A DNA stretch of 64,000 bases from an uncultured delta proteobacterium. GTDB lineage: Bacteria > Desulfobacterota > Binatia > DP-6. The position numbers were made by a program, and so were the translations under genes. The notes under the pieces are model-generated. The model worked only from the letters and a program-made list of their open reading frames with translations. It was not told where the DNA came from and ran no database searches. Shown here in pieces: positions 38,727-48,827 of this stretch; the first letter of the stretch is position 1; every line of letters begins with the position of its first letter. The stretch covers positions 608,001 to 672,000 of the forward strand of contig CAWFFN010000008.1 in NCBI GenBank assembly GCA_963815115.1, written 5' to 3'.

Positions 38727-39618
38727 GGCGCGCCAGCGTCCGACAGACGCGGTCGAGGAACGGCCGCCCGTGGTCGCCGGCCCGAGCGCGCAGCGCGACG
38801 AGGCGCGCGCCGAGCGGGCGCCAGCGTGCCGGATCCGTCGGCCCGAAGAGCACCGCACCGCACGCGCCGACCGCGCCGGCCAGATGGCTCACGCCGCTGT
38901 CGTTGCCGATGTAGGCGTCGCTCAGGGCGAGCAGAGCCGCAACGTCGGGAAGGCCCCATCCGCCGGCGACGGCGGTACCCTCGAGCGGCGTCTCACCGGT
39001 CTCCGCGGGGCCGAGAAGCTCGACGACGTCGCCGTGCGATCGCCGCCACCACGCGGCAACGGCGGCGAAGCCCGCGGGCGCCCATCGCTTGGTGTGCGAG
39101 CCCGCCCCGCGATGCATGGCGAGCAGCGGCCGTCTCAAACCGGCGACGAGGGTCTGGGCACGCGCCGATGCGGGGGGCGCGACACCGCCATCCACGGCGA
39201 GCCGCCGCCGATCCGCCGGAACTCCGGCCGCACGCGCGTACGCCACCGCGGCGTGCACGCGACCGGGACCGCGCTCGACGGAGAGCAGGAGGGCCGCGGC
39301 CGCGGCGCCCGCCAGGCGGGCGCGCAGCGTCGCATCGCGCGTGCCGAGCCAGCTGAAGACGGTCGCACCGGGCGCGAGCCAGCGCGGCGTCGTGTCGCCC
39401 CCGAACAGCCACGCCGCGCCCGCCTCGTCGAGGCTCGCGACGGTCTCGGCGACGCCGGCGAGGCGCGCGAGGCCGCGTTGCGGCTCGGGGACGACGAGCG
39501 TCGTCCGGGCCGGACGATGGCGGCGCCGTAGCCGGCGCAGGGTCGGGAGCACCAGCAGGAGATCGCCGAGCGCGCCCGGGAAGATCAGCACCAGCTCCTG
39601 AATTGACCCCGCGCGCAC
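38680..39618 (-). CDS. Glycosyltransferase family 9 (heptosyltransferase-like)
   Basis: PGALGDLLL, HRGAGSHTKRW, GNDSGVSHLA, LFGPTDPARW. Confidence 0.85.
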   Translation of the reverse strand: MRAGSIQELVLIFPGALGDLLLVLPTLRRLRRRHRPARTTLVVPEPQRGLARLAGVAETVASLDEAGAAWLFGGDTTPRWLAPGATVFSWLGTRDATLRARLAGAAAAALLLSVERGPGRVHAAVAYARAAGVPADRRRLAVDGGVAPPASARAQTLVAGLRRPLLAMHRGAGSHTKRWAPAGFAAVAAWWRRSHGDVVELLGPAETGETPLEGTAVAGGWGLPDVAALLALSDAYIGNDSGVSHLAGAVGACGAVLFGPTDPARWRPLGARLVALRARAGDHGRPFLDRVCRTLARLSAGSAACARSGSAS

Positions 39619-39661
39619 GCCGCGTATATGCTCATGCGCGCCGATCGCGGACAACGCATTC

Positions 39662-40606
<945 letters not shown>

Positions 40607-40611
40607 CGCGC

Positions 40612-41463
40612 ATGACGCTCGACGACAAGCTGGCGCGCCTGCGCGGCCTGCTGGCGGAGCTCGACTCGGCGCTGGTCGCGTTCTCGGGAGGCGTCGATTC
40701 CACCTTCCTCCTGCGCGTGGCGCACGAGGTCCTCGGGGCGCGCTGTGTCGCCCTCACCACCGTCTCTCCCACGACGCCCGCCGACGACCTCGCCGAAGCA
40801 CGTGCGCTCGCCACCGCACTGGGCGCCGAGCACGTGATCGTGGGCACCGACGAGCTGACCATCGCGGGCTACGCCGAGAATCCGACCAACCGTTGCTATT
40901 TCTGCAAGGACAACCTGTTCGTCATCTCGTCCGCCGAGGCGGCGCGCCGTGGGCTGGGGACGGTGCTCGACGGCGCCAACCTGGACGACCTCGGCGATCA
41001 TCGGCCGGGGCTCGTCGCGGCGAGCGAGCACGGCGTTCGCCATCCCCTCGTCGAGGCCGGCTTCTCCAAGGCCGAGATCCGCGAGGCGAGCCGGGCGTTG
41101 GGGTTGCGCACCTGGGATCGCCCCGCGAGCCCGTGCCTGTCCTCGCGCTTTCCCTACGGCACCAAGATCACGGCGGACGGCCTGGCCCGCGTCGCCGCCG
41201 CCGAGGACTGGCTGCGCGCGCGCGGCATCGGCGAGTTGCGGGTCCGCTTCCACGACGCCCTCGCCCGGGTCGAGGTCGCTCCCGCCGACATGCCGCGCGT
41301 GCTCGCGCTGCGTGCGGAGCTGGTCGAGGCTTTCCGCCGATTCGGCTTCACCTGGGTCGCGCTCGACCTCCAGGGCTTCCGCAGCGGTAGCCTGAACGAA
41401 GCGCTTCCTCCCGGAAAACACGAGGGGCCGGGGGACGAACCCCCGGCCCCTCGCCCCCGCTAG
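40612..41463 (+). CDS. larE: ATP-dependent sulfur transferase LarE
   Basis: AFSGGVDS, NRCYFCK, DDLGDHRPG, SPCLSSRFPYG, GFRSGSLN. Confidence 0.88.
   Translation: MTLDDKLARLRGLLAELDSALVAFSGGVDSTFLLRVAHEVLGARCVALTTVSPTTPADDLAEARALATALGAEHVIVGTDELTIAGYAENPTNRCYFCKDNLFVISSAEAARRGLGTVLDGANLDDLGDHRPGLVAASEHGVRHPLVEAGFSKAEIREASRALGLRTWDRPASPCLSSRFPYGTKITADGLARVAAAEDWLRARGIGELRVRFHDALARVEVAPADMPRVLALRAELVEAFRRFGFTWVALDLQGFRSGSLNEALPPGKHEGPGDEPPAPRPR
41415..41453 (-). terminator. Rho-independent terminator of carD, within the larE 3' end
   Basis: 14-bp perfect stem CGAGGGGCCGGGGG/CCCCCGGCCCCTCG followed by TGTTTT on the minus strand. Confidence 0.7.
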
Positions 41464-41495
41464 GCACGCGGGAGGGCCGCAGCGGTGCGGTGATC

Positions 41496-41978
41496 TTAGT
41501 TGGCGAAGATCGTGCGCAGCTCCTCCATGATCTTCTCTTCGCTGAAGGACTTGGCGATGGCCAGCTCCTTCACCAGGAGGTTGCGCGCGGTGTCGAGCAT
41601 CTTGCGCTCGCCGAACGAGAGCTCCTTGTCACCCTTCAACACGAACAGGTCGCGGAGCACCTTGGCGATCTCGAGAACGCTGCCGGTCTTGATCTTCTCG
41701 GTGTACTCCCGGTAGCGCCGGTTCCACGTCTGCTGGTCGATCTCGACCTTCTTGTCACGCAGGATGCGGTAGACCTTGGCGACCATGTCCTTGCCGATGA
41801 TGCGGCGGAGTCCGACCGCGTTGACGTTCTCGGTCGGGATCATGATCGTCATGTCGCTGTCGAGGATGCGGAGCATGTAGAACTTCCGCTCGGAGCCCGA
41901 AACCACCCGCGTCTGGATGCCCTCGATGACACCGACGCCATGCGCCGGGTACACGACCTTTTCCCCTATCTTGAACAT
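41496..41978 (-). CDS. carD: CarD/CdnL family RNAP-binding regulator
   Basis: MFKIGEKVVYPAHGVG, TWNRRYRE, LSFGERKML. Confidence 0.93.
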   Translation of the reverse strand: MFKIGEKVVYPAHGVGVIEGIQTRVVSGSERKFYMLRILDSDMTIMIPTENVNAVGLRRIIGKDMVAKVYRILRDKKVEIDQQTWNRRYREYTEKIKTGSVLEIAKVLRDLFVLKGDKELSFGERKMLDTARNLLVKELAIAKSFSEEKIMEELRTIFAN

Positions 41979-42025
41979 ACCGGTCATTCGAGTTGGCCTC
42001 CGGAAGCGTGCGGATGAGCCCCCGC

Positions 42026-42055
42026 ATACTAGCTGACGACCCCCTTTCCGGTCAA
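42026..42055 (-). promoter_or_regulatory. sigma70-like promoter of carD
   Basis: TTGACC-N18-TAGTAT. Confidence 0.45.
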
Positions 42056-42419
42056 CGAACGGCCGCTTGCACGCGCCCGGGCGGCACCCGGAATGTCGCC
42101 CCATGACCGCGCGGACGCCATCAGGCAACCTCCTGACTTCCTTGCGAAACTTCCATGCGTGCGGGGCCGTCGGACGGGCCGCGGCACGGGCGGAGAGCGG
42201 CACGCGACCGCGTGCCGGCAGGCACACACATCCCGTGCCATGCAAAGCTCGATAGAGCCCGGCGCCCGCTAGCGAACGGCAGCTAAGGAAGCCTTTGGCT
42301 AGCTTTCCCGCATCCGTCAGAGGCTTGGTTGCGAGCGCAGTTCTTTTGTGACACAAGCGGCGTTGCTTTACCTAGACCACCCCGGGCCTCCCCGCCCGGG
42401 CCAAAGGGAGGTGCGAGGG

Positions 42420-42638
42420 ATGAAGGCACGCAAGTTGGGTGCGAGCATCGCCACGCTGGCGCTCGTGAGCACGATGATGGTTGGATGCGCCGGCAAGAAA
42501 GAGGTCGAGCAGGCGAACGCGGCTGCCGCTCGAGCTGAGGATGCGAGCCGTCGGGCAGAGGCCGCAGCGAGCAGGGTCGATTCCGCAGCCGCGCGCTGCG
42601 AAGCGGCCATGAGCTCCGGCAAGACCCTGCGCAAGTAG
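42420..42638 (+). CDS. Lpp/OprI-like alanine-zipper lipoprotein 1
   Basis: GGGAGG SD; lipobox MVGC; Ala-rich heptads; C-terminal Lys. Confidence 0.75.
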   Translation: MKARKLGASIATLALVSTMMVGCAGKKEVEQANAAAARAEDASRRAEAAASRVDSAAARCEAAMSSGKTLRK

Positions 42639-42678
42639 TGCGCGTTACTTCCCACACGTTTACAAGGAGGTGATGCGC

Positions 42679-42900
42679 ATGAAGAAGGCATTGGCAGGCA
42701 TGGGGTTGCTGCTGTTCGTCGGCGCGTTCGGAGCGGGATGTGAACCCATGAGCAAGGTGAAGGAGCCGCTCCAGCGAGCCGAAGCGGCCGCGACACGCGC
42801 TGAGGATGCGGGACGCCGGGCAGAAGCCGGCGCCTCCCGGGCCGAGGCAGCGTGCGATCGCTGCGCGGCGATGGCCGGCAAGGGCTCGATGCACAAGTAG
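42679..42900 (+). CDS. Lpp/OprI-like alanine-zipper lipoprotein 2
   Basis: AGGAGG SD; lipobox GAGC; RAEAAATRAEDAGRRAEA paralogous to previous gene; C-terminal Lys. Confidence 0.75.
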   Translation: MKKALAGMGLLLFVGAFGAGCEPMSKVKEPLQRAEAAATRAEDAGRRAEAGASRAEAACDRCAAMAGKGSMHK

Positions 42901-42929
42901 AGTGCCATCGATCCCTTGATCGTTCAAAG

Positions 42930-42964
42930 AAGGCGAGGGCGATGAGCCGTCGCCTTTTTTGTTT
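42930..42964 (+). terminator. Rho-independent terminator
   Basis: AAGGCGA...TCGCCTT stem followed by T run. Confidence 0.75.
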
Positions 42965-42987
42965 GGTGCGCGAGCCTCCTGGTGGCG

Positions 42988-44181
42988 TCAGCGCAATTGC
43001 GCCAGGGCGTCGCCGATCCGCCTGATGCCCTCCTCGAGCACCTGGCGCGGCGCCGCATAGGAGAGGCGGATGTGGCGCGGCGCGCCGAACCCTTCGCCCG
43101 GAACGGTCGCGACGTTCGCGTGGCGCAGCAGGTGGGTGGAGAGTTCGTGAGCGGACGCGACGATCCCGTCGGGTCCGCGGCGGCCGAAGACCGAGCTCAC
43201 GTCGGGGAAGACGTAGAAAGCGCCTCCCGGCACGGTGGTGCGCACGCCCGGGATGGCGCCGAGGCACGCGATGACGAGGTCGCGCCGCGCCAGGAACTCG
43301 CGCGCCATGGCTCCGACGCACTCCTGCGGCCCGGTGAGGGCGGCGACCGCCGCCGCCTGCGCGATCGACGTCGGATTCGACGTGCTCTGACTCTGCAGCG
43401 CGGTCATGGCCGCGATGGCCTCGGCCGGCGCTGCCACGTAGCCGATGCGCCAGCCCGTCATCGAGTACGTCTTCGAGACCGAGTTGACGACCAGGAGCCG
43501 CGGGCGCAGCTCCGGCACCAGCGCACCGATGTTCTCGATCGGGTGCTCGGCGATGTGCTCGTAGATGTCGTCGGTGAACACGATCAGTCCGCGGCGCAGC
43601 GCCACCTCGCCGATGGCGCGAACCTCGTCCGACGAGTAGACGGCTCCCGTCGGGTTGCTCGGGCTGTTCAGGACGAGGCCCTTGGTGCGCGCGCCACAGG
43701 CCGCCTCGAGCTGGGCGGCGCTCATGCGGAAGCCCTGCTCCGGGGTGGTCTCGACGACGCGGGTGGTCGCGCCGGCGAGCGTGAGCATGTCGGGGTAGCT
43801 CACCCAGTACGGCGCCGGGACGATCACCTCGTCACCCTCGTCGAAGAGGGCCTGGAAGGCGTTGTAGAGGACGTGCTTGCCGCCGCAGCTCGCCATCACC
43901 TCGGCGCGCTCGTAGGCGAGGCCGTTCTCGCGCCGGAGCTTCTCGCGGATGGCGTCCTTCAGCTCGGGGGTGCCGCCGACGGCCGTGTACTTCGTGAGCC
44001 CTCGGGCCAGGGCCTCGCGGGCCGCGGCCTTGATGTGCTCCGGGGTCTCGAAGTCGGGCTCGCCGGCAGAGAGGTCGACGATGTCGCGGCCCTCGGCGCG
44101 CAGGGCTGCCGCCTCGGCGGCCATGCCGAGGGTGGGTGACGGCTTGATGCCGCGCACGCGCGCGGCGAGCTCGAGAGTCAT
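42988..44181 (-). CDS. PLP-dependent aminotransferase class I (aspartate aminotransferase-like)
   Basis: GEPDF, NSPSNPTG, DDIY, SKTYSMTGWRIGY, IRLSYA. Confidence 0.92.
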   Translation of the reverse strand: MTLELAARVRGIKPSPTLGMAAEAAALRAEGRDIVDLSAGEPDFETPEHIKAAAREALARGLTKYTAVGGTPELKDAIREKLRRENGLAYERAEVMASCGGKHVLYNAFQALFDEGDEVIVPAPYWVSYPDMLTLAGATTRVVETTPEQGFRMSAAQLEAACGARTKGLVLNSPSNPTGAVYSSDEVRAIGEVALRRGLIVFTDDIYEHIAEHPIENIGALVPELRPRLLVVNSVSKTYSMTGWRIGYVAAPAEAIAAMTALQSQSTSNPTSIAQAAAVAALTGPQECVGAMAREFLARRDLVIACLGAIPGVRTTVPGGAFYVFPDVSSVFGRRGPDGIVASAHELSTHLLRHANVATVPGEGFGAPRHIRLSYAAPRQVLEEGIRRIGDALAQLR

Positions 44182-44675
44182 GATCGGCGCTCCCGGACGC
44201 GGGCCAGCAGGCGCGACAGGACCTGGTCCGGCAACAGGCCGGCGACGTTGCCGCCCAGGCTCGCGACCTCCTTCACGAGGCGCGAGCTGACGTAGAAGTG
44301 GGATTCCCCGGCGACCATGAAGATGGTCTCGACCTGGGGCTTCAGGTGACGATTCATCGAGGTCATCTGGAACTCGTATTCGAAATCTGCCACCGCGCGC
44401 AGACCGCGCACGATGGCGGTCGCGCCCCTGGCGGCCGCGTAGTCGACCAGGAGTCCCGAGAAGGCATCGGCGCGCACGCGCTCGCCGTCTGCGGCGAAGG
44501 TCTCGCGGATCATCCCCACCCGCTCCTCGGGAGTGAACCAGGCCGAGTCCTTGTCCGGGTTGAAGGCGACGGCGACGATCACCTGATCGAAGACCTGGAG
44601 GCTGCGGCGAATGATGTCGACGTGGCCGTTGGTGATGGGGTCGAAGGAGCCGGGGTACACGGCGATCCGGTTCAT
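44178..44675 (-). CDS. coaD: Phosphopantetheine adenylyltransferase
   Basis: YPGSFDPITNGH, RGLRAVADFEYE, SSRLVKE. Confidence 0.96.
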   Translation of the reverse strand: MNRIAVYPGSFDPITNGHVDIIRRSLQVFDQVIVAVAFNPDKDSAWFTPEERVGMIRETFAADGERVRADAFSGLLVDYAAARGATAIVRGLRAVADFEYEFQMTSMNRHLKPQVETIFMVAGESHFYVSSRLVKEVASLGGNVAGLLPDQVLSRLLARVRERRS

Positions 44676-45244
44676 GCCGTCACCTCCGGGCGCTGCAGCA
44701 GGGTGAGAGCCGTGTCGCCATGGCGGCGGCAGGCCACCGGGACGAGCCCCGGGCGCTCCGCCGGCGTCTCGTCGAGGGCGTGCTCGACGGCCAGCCAGCC
44801 CTCCTGACCGAGGACCTCGCCCGCGGCCACCTGATCGACGAGGCGCTGGACGCAGCCCGCGCGGTAGGGCGGATCGGCGAGGATGCCGTCGACCCGCACC
44901 CCGCGCCGTCCGAGCGTGCGCAGCGCGCGATCCGCCGCCATGGGCATCACCTCCGCGCGTCGGGTGAAGCCGCTCACCCGCAGGTTGCCGCGCAGCGTCC
45001 GGACGACGACCGCCGAGGCCTCGACGAAGACCACGGCGCGTGCGCCCCGCGACAGCGCCTCGATGCCGAGCGCACCGCTGCCCGCGTAGAGGTCGATCAC
45101 GCGCGCGTCGGTCAGCCAGCCTCGGTGTTCGAGCATGTTGAAGAGCGCTCCTCGCACCAGGCTCGAGGTCGGACGCGTACGGCCACCCGCCGGAACCCGG
45201 AGCCGCCGACCGTGCGCGCCTCCCGCGATGATCCTGAGCGCCAT
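44672..45244 (-). CDS. rsmD: 16S rRNA G966 methyltransferase
   Basis: LRIIAG, TRPT, DLYAGSGALGIEALSRGA, DPPY. Confidence 0.92.
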   Translation of the reverse strand: MALRIIAGGAHGRRLRVPAGGRTRPTSSLVRGALFNMLEHRGWLTDARVIDLYAGSGALGIEALSRGARAVVFVEASAVVVRTLRGNLRVSGFTRRAEVMPMAADRALRTLGRRGVRVDGILADPPYRAGCVQRLVDQVAAGEVLGQEGWLAVEHALDETPAERPGLVPVACRRHGDTALTLLQRPEVTA

Positions 45245-45297
45245 GATCGTCGGCCGTGGAGCTTATAGCGGGTGCGCGATGATCCGGGCAACCGACG

Positions 45298-45417
45298 TCA
45301 CTTCTTCTGTTGCATGTCGGCGCCGCAGCAACGCAGCGTACCGCTGCCGGCCTTGGTGACGATCACCTGCGAGCCGCAGGCGCTGCAGACGTAGATCTTG
45401 CCGATCTGGCTGGGCAT
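45298..45417 (-). CDS. Desulforedoxin-like microprotein B (39 aa; not in ORF track)
   Basis: MPSQIGKIYVCSACGSQVIVTKAGSGTLRCCGADMQQKK; CxxCG-x14-CC; GAGGAGG SD upstream. Confidence 0.85.
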   Translation of the reverse strand: MPSQIGKIYVCSACGSQVIVTKAGSGTLRCCGADMQQKK

Positions 45418-45448
45418 GACGCTGTCGTCCTCCTCGACGGATGGGTTG

Positions 45449-46216
45449 CTACCGTCCCTCGTAGCGCGGCGGGCGGCGCTCGAGGAACGACCGCACCCCT
45501 TCCCGCCGGTCGCTGGTGGTCTGGAGCAGTACGTAGAGATCGTGCTCGAGCCGCACGCCGTCGTCCAGCGGGAGGTCGAGCGCGCGCCCCACCGCTTCCT
45601 TGGCCAGGCGCAGCGCGAGCGGACCGCGCTCGACGAGGCCGCGCGCCAGCGCGCCGGCGGCCGAACGCAGGCGCCGGGGAGCCACCACGCGCGACACGAG
45701 GCCCCACGCCGCGGCGGTGTGCGCCGCCACCGGCTCGCCGAGCAGCAGCATCGAGAGCGCCCGCGCGGTACCGACCAGGCGGGGAAGCCGCTGGGTCACC
45801 CCGCCGCCCGGCAGCCGGCCGCGGGACACCTCGGGCAGCTCCAGTACCGCGGTCGTCGCCGCGACGCGGAGGTCGCATGCCAGAGCCAGCGCGAGCCCCC
45901 AGCCTCGAACCGTCCCGGCCAGGCAGCCGATCACCGGCTTGGTCACGCCGGCGACCGCCGCCACCCCGTCCGGCCAGCCGGCGGGCGGCCACGCGATCCC
46001 GGCCGGCAGGCCGGCGCAGAAGTGCTCGCCGGCCCCCGACATGACCATCGCCCGCACCCGCCGGTCGTGCTCGACCGCCTCGCAGGCGTCGGCGAGCGCG
46101 CCCATCATCTCGTCGTCGAGCAGGTTGCGCCGCGCCGGACGTGCCAGCGTCAGCCAGGCGACGCCATCCTCGACCGCCGTCTCGACCGCGGGACGGCGTG
46201 CCGCATGGCGGCTCAC
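45449..46216 (-). CDS. Enoyl-CoA hydratase/isomerase family protein (degenerate active site)
   Basis: GTG overlaps ligase stop; [42 protein letters not shown]. Confidence 0.85.
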   Translation of the reverse strand: MSRHAARRPAVETAVEDGVAWLTLARPARRNLLDDEMMGALADACEAVEHDRRVRAMVMSGAGEHFCAGLPAGIAWPPAGWPDGVAAVAGVTKPVIGCLAGTVRGWGLALALACDLRVAATTAVLELPEVSRGRLPGGGVTQRLPRLVGTARALSMLLLGEPVAAHTAAAWGLVSRVVAPRRLRSAAGALARGLVERGPLALRLAKEAVGRALDLPLDDGVRLEHDLYVLLQTTSDRREGVRSFLERRPPRYEGR

Positions 46217-47763
46217 GCGCCCTCGACCTGCGCGCGCAGCTCGCGGCGGAGCACCTTGCCCATCGGGTTCTTCGGCAGCTCGGGGAGGAAGCGGATCACC
46301 TCGGGCTTCTTGAAGCTCGCGAGGCGCTGCCGGCAGAATTCGCCCAGCTCCTCGGCGGTCGCCTGGGCATCCGGGCGCAGGACGACGAACGCGCCGATCC
46401 GCTGTCCCCACTCGACGTCCGGCAGCCCGACCACCGCCACCTCCTCGACGGCCGGGTGCGCTCCGAGCACCGTCTCGACCTCGGCGGGTGCGATGTTCTC
46501 CCCGCCCCGGATGATCATGTCGTCCTTGCGGCCCGCGACGTAGAGGTAGCCGTCCGCATCCACCCAGCCCAGGTCCCGCGTCGGGAGCCAGCCGTCGGCG
46601 GTGAACGGGGAGTCCCCTCCGCCGGCGTAGCCCTTCATCGCACGCGGCGTGCGGACGTGGATCTCCCCCACCTGATCGGCTCCCAGCTCCTCGCCCTCCT
46701 CGCCCACGATGCGCACCTCGACGTCGGGCAGCGGGCGACCGATGGAGCGCAGGCGCCGGAGCGTGCGCTCGACGTCGTCCGGGCCGCCGTCGAGGCGGTG
46801 ATCCTCCGGCCCCAGCACGGTCAGGGTGGAGGTGGTCTCGGTCTGCCCGAAGGCGTTCACGAAGCCGACCGCCTTCGGGAGGCGCTCGATGGCGCGGCGA
46901 ATGACCGGGAACGGCATGGGCGCGCCGCCGTAGGCGAGCACCTCCAGGCCGGCGAGGTCGCGCCGCTCGAGGTCGGGTTGATCGAGCAGGTGCTTCATCA
47001 TCGTCGGCACGACGAAGGCGTGCGTGATGCGCTCGCGCTCGACGAGATCGAGCCAGGCGCCTGCCTCGAACTGCGCCATGATCACGAGGCGGCGCCCGGT
47101 CCACAGCGTCGTCATCATGTTGGTCGCGCCGGCGATGTGGTAGAGCGGCGCGCACAGCAGCGCCGCGCCGCGCGGCGTGCCGTCGGCCAGCTCGACGTTG
47201 GCCGTGACGTAGGCGCTGAAGTCGCCGTACGTGAGCAGCACGCCCTTCGGCAGCGACGTCGTGCCGCTCGTGAACATGAGGATCGTGGTCTCCTCGTCCT
47301 CGACGTCGGCTTCCGCATCGAACGGCTCCGCGGCGGCGAGCAGACTCTCGTACGCCGGCAGATCACCGTGCGGGGCGTCGAAGCCGATCACCGTCCGCAG
47401 CGCGGGCAGCCCGGGACGCAAGGCCGTCACCGCGGGCACGTAGCGCCCGCCGACCAGCAGCACGCTGGCCTCCCCGGCTCGCAGCATGTGCTCCAGCTCC
47501 GGCTGCTTGGCGCGATAGTTGACCGGGATGAACACGCCGCCGAGGAGGGCGGTGGCATAGTAGGCCTCGACGTAGCGGTGCGAGTTGGTGTCCAGCGCCG
47601 CGACACGCGTGCCGCGACCAACGCCCAGCCGCGCGAGCGCGCCAGCGAGGCGCCGGACCCGGGCCTCGACCTCCGCGTAGGTGAAGCGCTGTCCGTCGAA
47701 GACCACCGCCTCCTGCTCGGGAACGATGCCCGCAGGGATGGTGAGGAAGGCGACGGTATTCAT
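46213..47763 (-). CDS. Acyl-CoA synthetase / AMP-binding ligase
   Basis: [40 protein letters not shown]. Confidence 0.92.
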   Translation of the reverse strand: MNTVAFLTIPAGIVPEQEAVVFDGQRFTYAEVEARVRRLAGALARLGVGRGTRVAALDTNSHRYVEAYYATALLGGVFIPVNYRAKQPELEHMLRAGEASVLLVGGRYVPAVTALRPGLPALRTVIGFDAPHGDLPAYESLLAAAEPFDAEADVEDEETTILMFTSGTTSLPKGVLLTYGDFSAYVTANVELADGTPRGAALLCAPLYHIAGATNMMTTLWTGRRLVIMAQFEAGAWLDLVERERITHAFVVPTMMKHLLDQPDLERRDLAGLEVLAYGGAPMPFPVIRRAIERLPKAVGFVNAFGQTETTSTLTVLGPEDHRLDGGPDDVERTLRRLRSIGRPLPDVEVRIVGEEGEELGADQVGEIHVRTPRAMKGYAGGGDSPFTADGWLPTRDLGWVDADGYLYVAGRKDDMIIRGGENIAPAEVETVLGAHPAVEEVAVVGLPDVEWGQRIGAFVVLRPDAQATAEELGEFCRQRLASFKKPEVIRFLPELPKNPMGKVLRRELRAQVEGA

Positions 47764-48494
47764 GGCGTCGCGCCTTCTAGCCCGAGCGCGAGCCGGCGCT
47801 CAAGGGCGATGCCGTCCTCGAGCGACAGGTCGTGGGCCGCGCGCACGCAGCGCCGGGCGGCGCGGGCAACGCGCGGCGGTACGCGCGCCAGCCGGTTCGC
47901 CAGGGCGCGCGTCGCGGCGTCGAGGCGCGGCCGCGGCACGACCCGCACGACCAGCCCGAGGCGCTCCGCCTCGCCGGCGTCGATCCGCCGGCCCGTCAGC
48001 ACCAGGTCGAGCGCCCGGCCGACGCCGACCCGCCGCGGCAGGGTCTGCGTCCCCGCCACCCCCGGGATCATGCCGCGCCCGGTCTCGGGAAGCGCAAAGC
48101 TCGCGTCGGCCGCGGCGATGCAGAGGTCGCAGAGGAGTGCCATCTCCATACCGCCCCCCACCGCGAGCCCATGGACCGCGGCCAGGGTGACCGCGCGCAG
48201 CCGCAGGAGCTGGCCCCACACGTCGCGCTGCCAGCGTACCTGGCGGGCGATGAACGGCGACGGTGCGCTGCCGAACTCGCGCAGGTCGCCGCCGGTGGAG
48301 AACGCCGGCCCACGGCCGCGCAGGACGAGGACGCGGACGTCCGGGTCCGCGTCGGCAGCGGCGAGCACGGCGTGCAGGTCGTCGCGCATCGCCATGCTGT
48401 AGGCGTTGAGCACCTCGGGCCGGTCGAGGCTCACCGTCGCGACCGCGCCCCGGGTCTCGTAACGCAGCGTCACGTACGGCCTCACGCGCGTCAC
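47760..48494 (-). CDS. Enoyl-CoA hydratase/isomerase family protein
   Basis: [27 protein letters not shown]; start estimated at GTG 48494. Confidence 0.88.
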   Translation of the reverse strand: MTRVRPYVTLRYETRGAVATVSLDRPEVLNAYSMAMRDDLHAVLAAADADPDVRVLVLRGRGPAFSTGGDLREFGSAPSPFIARQVRWQRDVWGQLLRLRAVTLAAVHGLAVGGGMEMALLCDLCIAAADASFALPETGRGMIPGVAGTQTLPRRVGVGRALDLVLTGRRIDAGEAERLGLVVRVVPRPRLDAATRALANRLARVPPRVARAARRCVRAAHDLSLEDGIALERRLALGLEGATP

Positions 48495-48619
48495 ACGATC
48501 TCCCCGCCGATCCTCGTCAGGCGGACGCGCGCGGGCGCGACCCTCGTCCGGCGACGCGGATCGGCCTCCACGACGACTCGATCGGCCGGACGGGTTCTCC
48601 AGGCTGCAGGAGTCGTGCG

Positions 48620-48763
48620 TCAGTCCGACGACGGGAGCGGCTTCGCTTCCTTGAGCTTCATCTCGTGGTCGCAGCAGGTGAGCTCGCCGCCGCCGGGCTT
48701 GTTGCACAGCACCTCTGCGCCGCAGGCGTCACACAGGTACCGCTTGCCGAGCTGGGTGGACAT
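48620..48763 (-). CDS. Desulforedoxin-like microprotein A (47 aa; not in ORF track)
   Basis: MSTQLGKRYLCDACGAEVLCNKPGGGELTCCDHEMKLKEAKPLPSSD; paralog of 45298..45417; promoter-like TTGAGC-N18-TACCAG 7 nt upstream. Confidence 0.85.
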   Translation of the reverse strand: MSTQLGKRYLCDACGAEVLCNKPGGGELTCCDHEMKLKEAKPLPSSD

Positions 48764-48827
48764 GGCCCGTCTGGTAGCAGACAGGCACGCCGCGGCTCAA
48801 GGAGGCGGCTCCGACCGTCTCGTGCGG

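Noticed and set aside
42225-42240. sigma54-like TGGCAC upstream of carD (minus strand)
   Set aside because: No TTGC at the -12 position
42346-42356. TTGTG-A-CACAA palindrome upstream of the lipoproteins
   Set aside because: Too short and single-copy to support an operator call
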